Source of the DNA: an uncultured delta proteobacterium
Lineage (GTDB): Bacteria; Desulfobacterota; Binatia; UBA9968
Assembly (NCBI GenBank): GCA_963771465.1
Contig: CAVYTU010000017.1
Coordinates: forward strand, 1,056,001-1,120,000
Length of the DNA stretch: 64,000 nucleotides
Reading direction: 5' to 3'
In this document: positions 8,949 through 19,307 of the stretch, one piece after another
Layout: every line of letters starts with the position of its first letter
How positions within the stretch are numbered: the stretch's first letter is position 1
Position numbers and translations under genes: made by a program
Notes under the pieces: generated by a model
Told to the model about the DNA's origin: nothing
The model's input: the letters and a program-made list of their open reading frames with translations, nothing else
The model's database searches: none

Positions 8949-9266
8949 ATGGCGACCTATGTCTCGCTGGTAAACTTTACCGAAGAGGGCGCGCGCCACA
9001 TTCGCCAGACCACCGAGAGAGCCAAAGGTTTGATCAACGCTGCGGCCAATCTTGGCATCAAGATCAAGGAGATTTACTGGACCATGGGCGCGTTTGACGC
9101 GGTGTTTACCGCCGATGCGCCGGACGATGAGACGATGACAGCGTTCGCCGTGAGCATCGCTTCTCTCGGCAATATCCGCACGCAGACGTTGAGAGCCTTT
9201 TCCGTAAATGAAATGAACAAGATTGTCGCGATGCTGCCGACAACCGAAGTGACTTCGAGGAGATAG
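8949..9266 (+). CDS. GYD domain-containing protein
   Basis: YVSLVNFTEEG...YWTMGAFD...GNIRTQTLRAF pattern typical of the GYD family. Confidence 0.85.
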   Translation: MATYVSLVNFTEEGARHIRQTTERAKGLINAAANLGIKIKEIYWTMGAFDAVFTADAPDDETMTAFAVSIASLGNIRTQTLRAFSVNEMNKIVAMLPTTEVTSRR

Positions 9267-9294
9267 CAGCTAAAGAACAGAGGAGGTATCGGGT

Positions 9295-11085
9295 ATGGCG
9301 CAAGTCGATCTTTCAATCGCAATCGGCGGCGCAGCCGGCCAAGGTATCGCGACACCGGGCGATATCTTGGCGCGCATCTTCGTCCGCCGCGGACTACATC
9401 TTAACGCCTACAACGCTTACCAGTCGATCGTGCGCGGCGGTCACATCTTTTTGACCTTGCGCACCAGCGACGCGCCGGTGCTGAGCTTCGGCGACAAGCT
9501 CGATGTTTTAATCGCGCTCAATCAAGACACCATGAATCGCCATTTGGGTCTGATGCAGTCAGGCTCCTCCGTGCTTTACAACAAAGACAAGATCAAGCCT
9601 GACAACGCTGCGGACGGGGTTCAACTTTGCGGCTTTTCGGTGAAGGAACTGGCGCCGGCGGTTCGAGGCGACCTGGTGCAGAATACGATTGCGTTGGCCG
9701 CGGTGCTGCGGCTGATCGGCGTCGACTTCAAAATTCTCGAAGAGATACTCACTCTCCAATTCAAACGGAAAGGCGAGGCGGTGGTAGCGGAAAACGTCGG
9801 TGTCGCACGGGCAGGTTACGATCATGCGGCGACCGAGTTCAAAGGGCTTCCCTTCGCTCTGCCGGACACCGGAAAAAAACTAGCGTTCTTCGAAGGCAAC
9901 CAGGCATTGGCGATGGGCGGTGCGGCGGCGGGTGTGCGTTTTTACTGCGCCTATCCGATGAGCCCGTCCTCTGGGGTGCTTCATTGGATGGCACGCCACG
10001 CGCGCCAGTTGGGCATTATGGTGCGCCAAGTGGAAGATGAGATCGGCGTCATCAACATGGCGATTGGCGCCGCGCATGCGGGCTGCCGCGCCATGTGCGC
10101 GACCTCGGGCGGCGGTTTTGCTTTGATGACCGAAGGCCTCGGCGCTGCGGCGATGATGGAAATCCCGGTCGTCTGCATCAACGTGCAGCGCGCCGGCCCC
10201 GCTACCGGCGTGCCGACTAAAACGGAACAAGGCGATCTGTGGCAAGTGCTGGGCGCGGGACAGGGCGATTACCCGCGCATCATCGTGGCGCCGACGACGA
10301 TCCCGGATTGTTTCAAAACCGTGCCCCAACTTTTTAACTTGGTCGACAAGTTTCAGTGCCCGGGAATTGTTCTCTCCGATTTATTGCTCTCCGAAGGCCG
10401 ATCGAGTGTCGACCCAGCTGAGTTGGATTTCAACGTCGCCATCGAGCGCGGCGAGGTGATCGGTCTAAACGGCGCGACGCCGCCGCTCAACGGCGGCTAC
10501 AAACGCTATGAGATCAATGACAGCGGCATTTCGCCGCGGGCGCTGCCGGGCACTCTGGGTTTCGAGCATGTCGTCGCCACCGACGATCATGATGAAGATG
10601 GCGTGCTGATCAGCGACGAGTACACCAACCCGCACAAGCGCCAGGCGATGCATGAAAAACGCATGCGCAAGATGGAAAGCATTCTGCCGCTGCTCGATGC
10701 GCCGAAGCTTTGGGGAGCCCAAGACGCTCAAGTCACGCTCGTCGGTTGGGGCTCTACCGAAGGGGTCGTCCAAGAGGCGATACAGCAGCTGGCCGACAAG
10801 GGAGGAATATCTGCCAATCTTCTCCAGATCAAATGGCTTGTGCCCTTACATGGCGAAGTGATTACTTCAACCCTGGCGAACAGCAAGAAAGTTATCATCG
10901 TCGAGAACAACTACAGCGGCCAGTTTGCGCGCTACCTACGGTCGGAGACCGGCATCGTCGCGGACGGCCATATTCGTAAATACGACGGTGAGCCATTCAT
11001 GCCGCATCATGTCGTCGACGGCGTAAAGGCGATTCTAAGCGGAACGACACATCAGTATGTCCCAGTGCACGAGATTATGGTCTAA
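9295..11085 (+). CDS. korA: 2-oxoacid:ferredoxin oxidoreductase alpha subunit (with fused gamma domain)
   Basis: GGAAGQGI, YQSIVRGGH, AYPMSPSS, QVEDEI, ATSGGGFALM and RAGPATGVPTKTEQGD motifs; substrate specificity not resolved. Confidence 0.9.
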   Translation: MAQVDLSIAIGGAAGQGIATPGDILARIFVRRGLHLNAYNAYQSIVRGGHIFLTLRTSDAPVLSFGDKLDVLIALNQDTMNRHLGLMQSGSSVLYNKDKIKPDNAADGVQLCGFSVKELAPAVRGDLVQNTIALAAVLRLIGVDFKILEEILTLQFKRKGEAVVAENVGVARAGYDHAATEFKGLPFALPDTGKKLAFFEGNQALAMGGAAAGVRFYCAYPMSPSSGVLHWMARHARQLGIMVRQVEDEIGVINMAIGAAHAGCRAMCATSGGGFALMTEGLGAAAMMEIPVVCINVQRAGPATGVPTKTEQGDLWQVLGAGQGDYPRIIVAPTTIPDCFKTVPQLFNLVDKFQCPGIVLSDLLLSEGRSSVDPAELDFNVAIERGEVIGLNGATPPLNGGYKRYEINDSGISPRALPGTLGFEHVVATDDHDEDGVLISDEYTNPHKRQAMHEKRMRKMESILPLLDAPKLWGAQDAQVTLVGWGSTEGVVQEAIQQLADKGGISANLLQIKWLVPLHGEVITSTLANSKKVIIVENNYSGQFARYLRSETGIVADGHIRKYDGEPFMPHHVVDGVKAILSGTTHQYVPVHEIMV

Positions 11086-11095
11086 GGAGTAATTT

Positions 11096-12034
11096 ATGAA
11101 CGAGCCCGCGATTGAGATGAGAGCAAAACCTTCGAGCCCACGGGATAGCGGCGGCCGCGGTCCGCAACTCACGATCAAGGATTTCAAAGGCAAAGCGGAA
11201 CCGGACTGGTGTCCCGGCTGCGGCGACTTCGGCGTCCTGGTCGCATTGAAGCAGGCGCTCGCGGAGCTCGGTGTTCAACCTCACCAGGCGATGGTGATCA
11301 GCGGCATCGGCTGCTCGTCCAACCTTCCCGGCTACATCAGCACCTACGGCATGCACACCTTGCACGGCCGCGCGCTGGCAGTCGCCACCGGCGCCCAGAT
11401 GGCGAATCATGAACTGAAAATCATCGTCACCGGCGGCGACGGCGATGGCTACGGCATCGGCGGTAACCATTTCGTGCACACAATGCGCCGCAACGTCGAT
11501 CTCACCTATATCGTGATGAACAACCAGGTTTACGGTCTCACCACCGGGCAGGTGTCGCCGACCAGCACCAAGGGTATGAAAACCAAGAGCACGCCGGCGG
11601 GAAGCGTGGAGAATCCGCTCAATCCGATCCCTCTGGCGATCGCTGCCGGCGCGACCTATGTGGCGCGCGGTTACACCGGTCAGGTAAAGCATTTGGTCGA
11701 GCTCATCAAAGGCGGCATTCAGCATCGCGGATTTTCATTGATCGACGCCTTCAGTCCGTGTGTGACATTCAATCTCGAAAACGATCACGACTTTTTCAAA
11801 CAACGGACTTTTAAGCTCGAGGATAAGAAGCATGATCCGACCGACTTCGCCGCCGCCATGAAATACGGTTACGAATGGGGCGATGAAATCGCCATCGGTT
11901 TATTTTGGAAGCGAGACGATCTGCCCGCTTTGGATCAACTGGAGCCGGTTCTCGACGAAGGTGGTGCGCTGGCGCGACGCAAACTTGGAATTTCTCCTGA
12001 TGCCGCAAAATCGCTGATTCGAGAATTGATGTGA
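11096..12034 (+). CDS. korB: 2-oxoacid:ferredoxin oxidoreductase beta subunit
   Basis: WCPGCGD, SGIGCS, TPP-binding GGDGD...NN, YGLTTGQ and SPCVTF motifs. Confidence 0.9.
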   Translation: MNEPAIEMRAKPSSPRDSGGRGPQLTIKDFKGKAEPDWCPGCGDFGVLVALKQALAELGVQPHQAMVISGIGCSSNLPGYISTYGMHTLHGRALAVATGAQMANHELKIIVTGGDGDGYGIGGNHFVHTMRRNVDLTYIVMNNQVYGLTTGQVSPTSTKGMKTKSTPAGSVENPLNPIPLAIAAGATYVARGYTGQVKHLVELIKGGIQHRGFSLIDAFSPCVTFNLENDHDFFKQRTFKLEDKKHDPTDFAAAMKYGYEWGDEIAIGLFWKRDDLPALDQLEPVLDEGGALARRKLGISPDAAKSLIRELM

Positions 12035-12116
12035 CGACCGACCATTAATTCCGTTCACAGCGCACCGATTAGCGAAATCCTTTGCGAAGCGAACCCGACG
12101 GAACCTTTCCGAACTC

Positions 12117-12194
12117 CGTCATTCCCGCATGCTTTAAGCGGGAATCCAGACGGGCCCGGAACTGGACCCCCGGTAAAGACACTCGGGGGTGACG
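12117..12194. repeat. REP-like element (GTCATTCCCGC...GCGGGAATCC family)
   Basis: cgtcattcccgc-atgcttta-agcgggaatccag ... ctggacccccg...cgggggtgacg; related to 25187-25263. Confidence 0.65.
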
Positions 12195-12411
12195 TCTTCA
12201 AGACCAATCTCATCGCCGAGTTCTGATACTTCGCAGTTTGCTGCGGGGTTGTTTGTTTCTCCCTTCGCCCGGCTTCTAGTCTCGGCGGTAGGTGGCAGAT
12301 GTGCGCCTGCGAAAAACGCGTATCGTTCACGAGATCTTTGACCTGTTCCGTAGTTGACATCGCGATGGCGGATCGTGATACTCCTGAAACAAAAATATCG
12401 GAGCGGTAGTA

Positions 12412-13521
12412 ATGAAAAACGGTTTCAAGATTCTCGATTCCGACATGCATCTGCGCGAGCCGGCAAATCTCTGGGACAAATATATGGAACCGGAGTGGCG
12501 CGCGCGCGCGCCGAAGATCCTAAGTTCCACGGCGCGCAGCTCGGCGATGGTGATGATTGACGGAAAAATACTCCAGGGCTACCAACCGACCTATCGCGGC
12601 GGAATTTTTGACGCGACGCGAATTGACAAAGAGATCGCCGATTATCGCGCTGACGGTTTCGACGCCAAGACCCAGTTAAAAGCGATGGATCGTGAAGGTT
12701 TGGATGTCGCGGCGCTCTATCCGTCGATCGGTCTGGGCATCATGATGCGCGATGACATGGACCCCAAGCTAGCCGCAGCCATCGCGCGCGCGTACAACAA
12801 CTGGCTCTATGATTTTTGTCAGACCGATCCGAAACGTCTTAAAGGCGTGGCGATGATGCCGCTGCAGGATCCCAACGAGGCGGTGAAAGAAGCCGAGCGT
12901 GTCGTCGGCAAGTTGGGTTTCGTCGGTGTCTTCGCGCGACCTGAGCCGCTGCGTAACATGCCGTGGCACGCGCGCTATTTCGACTCCGTGTGGTCGTGCT
13001 TGGAAGAGCTCGGCGTTCCCATCGGCTTCCATTCCGCCACGGCTGCCGGCGAAGTGCCACAGATCGGCGATCGCTTTGGTGATAATTTGCTGCTCCGTCA
13101 CGTGGTGTCGCATCCACTGGAAAACATGGTCGCCATGGCCGACACCATCGGCGGCGGCGTGTGCGAGCGCCATCCGAAACTCAAGCTGGCTTTCTTGGAA
13201 TGTTACTGCGGTTGGGTTTCTTTCCTGCTGCACCGTATGGACAATGCCATGGCGAAGGGCCGCTTTCCGACCGCCGGCAAGCTGAAGCCGAGCGAATATT
13301 TTCAACGCCAATGTTGGATCTCCACCGAGCATGAAAAAGAGCTGCCGATGATTATCGATCTGATCGGCGACGACAAGATCGTTTTCTCCACCGACTATCC
13401 GCACGGCGATTCGGATTTCCCCGAGGCGGTCGATGAGTTTCTTGAAATGAAAGGTGTGTCGAAGCAAAGCCAGAAGAAAATTCTTTGGGACAATTGCGCG
13501 GCGCTGTATGGACTCGGATGA
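12412..13521 (+). CDS. Amidohydrolase family protein (Amidohydro_2; decarboxylase/hydratase-like)
   Basis: DSDMH, PIGFH, HPKLKLAFLE, FSTDYPHGD and ILWDN motifs. Confidence 0.85.
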   Translation: MKNGFKILDSDMHLREPANLWDKYMEPEWRARAPKILSSTARSSAMVMIDGKILQGYQPTYRGGIFDATRIDKEIADYRADGFDAKTQLKAMDREGLDVAALYPSIGLGIMMRDDMDPKLAAAIARAYNNWLYDFCQTDPKRLKGVAMMPLQDPNEAVKEAERVVGKLGFVGVFARPEPLRNMPWHARYFDSVWSCLEELGVPIGFHSATAAGEVPQIGDRFGDNLLLRHVVSHPLENMVAMADTIGGGVCERHPKLKLAFLECYCGWVSFLLHRMDNAMAKGRFPTAGKLKPSEYFQRQCWISTEHEKELPMIIDLIGDDKIVFSTDYPHGDSDFPEAVDEFLEMKGVSKQSQKKILWDNCAALYGLG

Positions 13522-13534
13522 ACAAGGAGAACAC

Positions 13535-14525
13535 TTGAAAAGAACGATTGTTCTCTTCGTAGTTACATTCTTGCTTCTGGCGATTATCCATCCAGGTCAT
13601 GCGCAGCAGTCCGGGAAAATCTTCCGCATCGGTTTCCTGGATAGAAGCACTGCTTCCGGTAACGCGGTCCTCGTGAAGGCGTTCCTGCAAGAGCTGAGCA
13701 AGCTTGGATGGATTGAGGGAAAGAATTTCACCATCGAGTACCGGTTTGGGGAGGCAAAAGCCTGAGCGCCGGCCTGAGCTTGCGGCGGACTTGGTTCGTC
13801 TTAAGGTCGATCTGATCGTGGTCTACAGGGACGCGCCGGCGACAGCGGCGAAGAACGCGACTACTACCATACCCATCGTGATGGCGAACGTTGGGGACCC
13901 TGTGGGTGAAGGTCTGGTTGCCAGTCTGGCGCGGCCAGGAGGCAATGTCACCGGTTTCTCGAGTTTAGCGCCCGAGCTAAATACCAAAAGGCTAGAGATA
14001 CTCAAGGACGCGGTCCCTAAGCTCCTGCGAGTTGGACTTCTGCGGTTGGGGGTAGGCGCCATAGCAGCAGACCTCCAACTGAAAGAGCTCAGACCTGCGG
14101 CTTGGCACCTGAAGCTCAAATTGGAGGAGATCGAGACTCAAGTCGACGCCAAAGGTTTAGAGAGCGCCTTTAAAACCGCAAAGCAGAAACAGGTCGGGCG
14201 ATTATGACGACCGCCACTCGCCGCTTTTTCGCCGAAAGAAAGCGGATCGTCGAGCTTGCCGGCAAATACCGGTTGCCTGCTATTTACTTCGCAGAAGGGG
14301 TATGTCGATGAGGGCGGCCTCATGTCCTACGGGGCGGACTACGATGACATGTACCGCAAGGCCGCCCACTACGTAGACAAAATTCTCAAGGGAACGAAAC
14401 CTGCTGATCTGCCTGTACAGCAGGCGACGAAGTTTGAATTCGTCATTAACCTCAAGGCGGCGAAACAAATCGGTCACACGATTCCGTACGAACTGTTGGC
14501 GCGGGCGAATCAAGTGATCAAGTGA
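13535..14525 (+). pseudogene. ABC transporter substrate-binding protein (ABC_sub_bind type) split by three 1-nt frameshifts (pseudogene or assembly error)
   Basis: Fragments 13454-13765, 13704-14207 and 14256-14525 rejoin into IEYRF...LKVDLIV...TIPIVM...SLARPGGNVTG...GGLMSYG...VDKILKGTKPADLPVQQATKFEFVINLK; indels near 13754, 14197 and 14289. Confidence 0.8.
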
Positions 14526-14630
14526 AGAAGGCAACGGGCATCAGGCAGTAGGCAGTAAGAAGTTTGGATTCTGGTCTTTGCGTTTTAGTTCGACAATCAA
14601 AATCCAAAATGAAATCAGGAGGTCGTCATC

Positions 14631-16875
14631 GTGGCTTATCGCACCATAGGTAAAACACTGCCGCGCGTCGAAGGGTACGGCAAAGTAACGGGGCAAACCA
14701 AGTACGCGGCGGATTTGCCGTTTGAAGGTTTGCTCTGGGCTAAAGTGCTGCGCGCTTCGCTGCCGCACGCGCGCATCGTTAAAGTCGATACTTCGAAGGC
14801 CAAGGCGTTGAAGGGCGTCCGCGCTGTCCTGACTGGCGCGGATGTGAAGGACATCTTCGTCGGCACTCGGCTGAAAGATCAGCCGGTATTAGCATACGAC
14901 AAGGTGCGCATGAGCGGCGACGCCGTCGCGGCGGTAGCGGCGGACGATGAAGCGATCGCCGAGGAAGCGATTGGTATGATCGACGTCGAATACGAGGCGT
15001 TGCCGTACGTCGAGGACCCGGTGGAAGCGCTCAAGCCGAGCGCGCCGCTGATCCATGAGGACCGCGGCGAAATACAGAAATGCCGCGAAGCTGCCGGAAG
15101 GCATGTCCGGTCATAATTTACAGTCCTATGTGCAGTGGAAGAACGGCGACGTTGACGCCGGCTTCGCTAAGGCAGCGAGAGTTTTCGAACACACTTTTCG
15201 CACGCCGCTGTCGCACCACGGCTATCTTGAGCCTTGCGCTTGCACCGTGCAGATTCACGCCGATGGGCGCGTTGAAGTTTGGCCTTCGAATAAGGGTCCG
15301 TGGGGCTTGCGCGAGCAGATGTCGGAAGACTTCGGCGTGCCCCAGGAAAAGATCAAGATTCACATCGTTCACGTCGGCGGCGACTTCGGCGCCAAGGCGT
15401 CTTTGATCGACGTGCCGGTCGCTTACTATTTGTCCAAAGCCGCGGGCGGCAAGCCGGTCAAGCTGGTGTTCGATTATACCGATGAACTTCTCGCCGGCGG
15501 CCACCGCCATCCCTCGGTGATCACTTTAAAAACCGGCGTTGCCGCTGACGGAACACTGCTCGCTGTGAGAGGCGATATCTACTTCAGCGGCGGCGCTTAT
15601 GGTTCGCAAAAGGCCAATCCCCAAGCAACGGTTCTCGGCGGGCGGCGCTTGGCGAGCATGTATCGCTGTCCGGCCATCGATGTGCGGACGTTTTGTTCGT
15701 ACACCAATCAAGTGCCGTGTACCCAGACGCGCACGCCGGGCAGCCCGCAGGTCGTCTTCGCCTTCGAATCGCAAATGGACATCATCGCCAAGGAAATGGG
15801 CATCGATGCGCTCGAATTGCGCCGAAAAAATATTCTCCACGACGGCGACGCCAATCCCATGGGCGAAAAGTGGAGTGATATTCTAATGGGCGAAGTGTTG
15901 GAGCGCATCGTTAAAACCTCCGGTTGGAAAAAAGGCGGCGCGAAGAAAAATCACGGTTGGGGCATGGCGCTCTATGATCGCGGCACGCCGGAAGGAAAAG
16001 CCAGTTCGGCGTTGATTTTGGAAGCCGATGGCAAAGTCAATATTCTCACCGGCGTGCCGGATGTTGGTCCTGGATATTACACCGTCAGCCAGCAGATGGT
16101 TTGCGAGACGCTCGGTCTGGCGCCGGAAAAAGTCGGTGTGGTTTTCAAAGACACCGACAGCTTGCCGTTTGATCCTGGCACCGGCGGGAGCAAACAAACC
16201 AATACTTCAGGTCACGCAGTGAATCTATCGGCGCGCGAGGTGCGCGAGATACTGGTCAACTTGGCGGCGCGGGAATTGGGTTGTCAGCCGGAGGAAGTTC
16301 AGCAGCAGGATGGCAAGCTGACCGCACCCAATAAGAAATCGACGACCACCGAGAATATGATCAAGCTTGCGGTAAAAGAAAACGGCGGTCCGGTTTTTCA
16401 CCTGACTAATTTTGTGCCGAAAGACATGCCAAAGGTCACTGGCTTCGCCGCCCAAGTAGCTGAAGTCGAAGTCGACCCGACCACCGGCGGAGTGACGGTA
16501 TTGAATTTGACCACGGCGCACGACACCGGGACCGTGCTCAATCATCTAACACTCACCGGGCAGATCGAAGGCGGCATCGTCACCGGCTTCGGTTTCGCGA
16601 CGATGGAGGAGAATCCGATGATCGACGGCAAGATCGCGACACTAACATTGGGCGAGTCCAAGATGCCGTGCATCGCTGACGTGCCGCCATTGAAGACGGT
16701 TCTCGTCGAAAGTCCCACGGGCCCGACGCCTTACGGCGGCAAAGCGATCGCGGAGAATCCTAACGTGCCGACGGCGGCGGCGATCTCGAATGCCATCGCC
16801 GACGCCTGCGGCGTGCGGCTTTTCGAGTTGCCGCTGTCAGCAGAGAAAATCTATCGCGCAATGAATCGAAAATAG
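14631..16875 (+). CDS. Xanthine dehydrogenase/CoxL-family molybdopterin-binding subunit (one frameshift near 15066)
   Basis: KVTGQTKYAAD, HGYLEP, VGGDFGAK, GAYG, GQIEGG and PYGGKAIAE motifs; two ORFs join if one G is removed. Confidence 0.85.
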
Positions 16876-16886
16876 GAAACGCACGC

Positions 16887-18018
16887 ATGGCTCGTTCTTA
16901 TCAGCAATCAAGATATCGAGCAGGTGCTCGATATGAACATTTGCCTCCAAGCGATCGAGGAAGGCATCAAGGAATATTATCGTGGCGATGCGACTTGCCG
17001 GCCGCGCATCGATGTTTGGGCGCCGTCCGGCGATCCGCGCGGCTATTATCAGTGGGGCTCGATGGAAGGCACCAGCCGGCGCTACGGCGTGTTCGCGACG
17101 CGGATCAAGTCCGATATCGCTTACTGGACCGAAGGCGAAGGCGGCGTCAAGACGCAAGAAAAATATTGCCAACGCCCGGGGTTATTCTGCGGTTTGATTC
17201 TTTTGTTTAGCACGGAGAACGGCGAGCCGCTGGCGGTGATGAACGATGGCTATTTGCAGCATATGCGCGTTGGCGCCACCGCCGGCATCGCAGCTAAATA
17301 TCTGGCCCGGGAAGACGCCGATACCGTCGGCATGATCGGTTCAGGCAGCATGGCGTGGACTCACGCGCTGGCGTTCGCCGAAGTGCGCAACATAAAGCGC
17401 ATCCGCGTTTTTAGTCCGACACCAAAGAATCGCGAAACCTATGCTGGTAATTTGTCGGCGCGGCTGGGTATAGATATCGTGCCGGTGGACTCGGTGGTTG
17501 AAGCGGTCAAAGGCGCGCAAATCGTCTCGGCCTGTACGGATTCCATCGTGCCGGTCATTCCAGGCCGCTCCATCGAGGCCGGCGCGTTTGTGACCACTGT
17601 GAAGGGCACCGTCGAACTCGACAAATCATCCGTCGAACGCATCCGCACGTTTTACACCTTCGCGCCAAACAGCGACGCGATTTCACATTCGCAGCCAGGC
17701 GAAGCGGCCTCACGAGCGCAAAAAATCTCGGGTACGCACCGTGCGTACGTGGCGGGACAAGCGGAAGATCTGGCGCGCATTCCTGAAGTTGAGCGCGAGG
17801 GCGGTTTCGACAAGCGCAAGCTTGTCAGCTTCAAAAATCTTTTAAACGGTCAAGATCCCGGCCGGCGCGACGCGGAGGAGATTTTAGCCGTCGGCGGCAA
17901 TCAAATTCAGGGTATTCAGTTTGCTTCGGTCGGCGGCGCGACTTATCGTTTGATCAAGGAAAAGGGGTTGGGCCGGCAGTTTCCGACGGATTGGCTGTTG
18001 CAGGATGTGAGAAACTGA
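16887..18018 (+). CDS. Ornithine cyclodeaminase/mu-crystallin (imine reductase-like) family protein; probable 1-nt indel just after the ATG
   Basis: RVGATAG, GMIGSG Rossmann motif and ACTDS; the in-frame N-terminus LVLISNQDIEQVL has no start codon, but the ATG at 16887 is one base out of frame. Confidence 0.8.
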
Positions 18019-18043
18019 CAACCAAGATTGGTAGAGCGGGCCG

Positions 18044-19264
18044 ATGGTGACATTTAGTATTTTAGATTTTCGATTTTGGATTTTGGATTGGGGAATCAGG
18101 CGGATCGGTCGGAGCTTCTCCGACAATCTAAAATCCAAAATCCAAAATCTAAAATGGGTAGGGCTGGCTGCAACTTGGTTTGTGGCAGCGACTCTGCATG
18201 CCGCAGAGCCTGCAAAATGGCAGGCCGAATGGGAACGCACGGTGTCGGCGGCGGAGAAGGAAGGACAGCTGGTTGTCTATATCGGTGGCTATGGCGCGCT
18301 TATCGAGAGCGGCGTATTTCAGAAGGCCTATCCGAAGATCAAGATCACGCACATCACCGGCGCGGGCACCGATCTCACGCAGCGTATTTCAGCGGAGCGG
18401 CGCGCCGGCAAGTATCTCGCCGACGTCTACAACGGCGGTGGCAACTCGCTTCATCAGGTTCTCTACACCGGAAAGATGATCGACTCGATCAAGTCGGCGT
18501 TGATCCTGCCGGAAGTATTGGACACGGCCAAATGGTGGGAGGGCAAACACAAATACGCCGACAAAGAGGGCCAACATATTTTCGTTTACGAAGGCAATGT
18601 GTCGGCCGGCGCCGGGGCAGGTTACAATACCCAGCTGCTCGATCCGCGCGAGTACAAAACTTATTGGGACTTCCTCAACCCCAAGCTCAAGGGAAAACTT
18701 ATTTCCACCGATATTCGCCGGGTGCGCGGCGCCGGCATCCCGTGGCAGTTTCTCTATTATCATCCCGATCTCGGCCCGAAATATTTGCGCCGTCTGTTTG
18801 GCGAGATGGATGTGACGATGAGCGCCGATCTGCGCCAGGCTGGAGACTGGCTGGCGACGGGAAAGTTCACTCTTTGCATGCCGATCCAAGGCGGTGTTGT
18901 CAGTAAGGCGAAGAGTCAGGGCTTGCCTGTGGACCAATTCGATTCTTACCACTTCAAGGAAGGCGTCAATCTTTCATCCGCCTTCGGTTCGCTGGCGTTG
19001 ATGAACCGCGCGCCCCATCCCAATGCCGCCAAGGTGTTTATCAATTGGCTATTGTCGCGCGAAGGGCAGACGTTGTTCCAAAAAGTGATTAGTCTAACCG
19101 GCGATCCGCGCAACTCGCGCCGTATCGACGTCCCCAAAGACCACATCCCGGTCGATGAACAGCGGCGCGACAAAATGACCTATTTCGACACCGACGATCC
19201 CGACACCAAGGATTTGACGCCGGCAATGAAATTGTTGGACGAGATCGTGCCGCTAAAAAAATAG
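18044..19264 (+). CDS. Extracellular solute-binding protein (Fe3+/polyamine-type ABC SBP), array I copy 1
   Basis: AAEKEGQLVVY, YNTQL...YWDFLNPKLKGK and APHPNAAKVFINWLLSREGQ motifs. Confidence 0.85.
   Translation: MVTFSILDFRFWILDWGIRRIGRSFSDNLKSKIQNLKWVGLAATWFVAATLHAAEPAKWQAEWERTVSAAEKEGQLVVYIGGYGALIESGVFQKAYPKIKITHITGAGTDLTQRISAERRAGKYLADVYNGGGNSLHQVLYTGKMIDSIKSALILPEVLDTAKWWEGKHKYADKEGQHIFVYEGNVSAGAGAGYNTQLLDPREYKTYWDFLNPKLKGKLISTDIRRVRGAGIPWQFLYYHPDLGPKYLRRLFGEMDVTMSADLRQAGDWLATGKFTLCMPIQGGVVSKAKSQGLPVDQFDSYHFKEGVNLSSAFGSLALMNRAPHPNAAKVFINWLLSREGQTLFQKVISLTGDPRNSRRIDVPKDHIPVDEQRRDKMTYFDTDDPDTKDLTPAMKLLDEIVPLKK
18059..18155. repeat. Heptamer tandem repeats (ATTTTGG)n and inverted (CCAAAAT)n inside the SBP N-terminal coding region
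   Basis: attttag attttcg attttgg attttgg ... ctaaaat ccaaaat ccaaaat ctaaaat. Confidence 0.85.
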
Positions 19265-19307
19265 CGATGGGGATCGCCAGCGATCCTTTCGCTCCTGGGA
19301 AAGCGAG

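Noticed and set aside
15055-15116. Programmed ribosomal frameshift in the Mo-subunit gene (and likewise in UbiD)
   Set aside because: No slippery sequence; similar single-base indels are scattered through the window, which points to sequence error.
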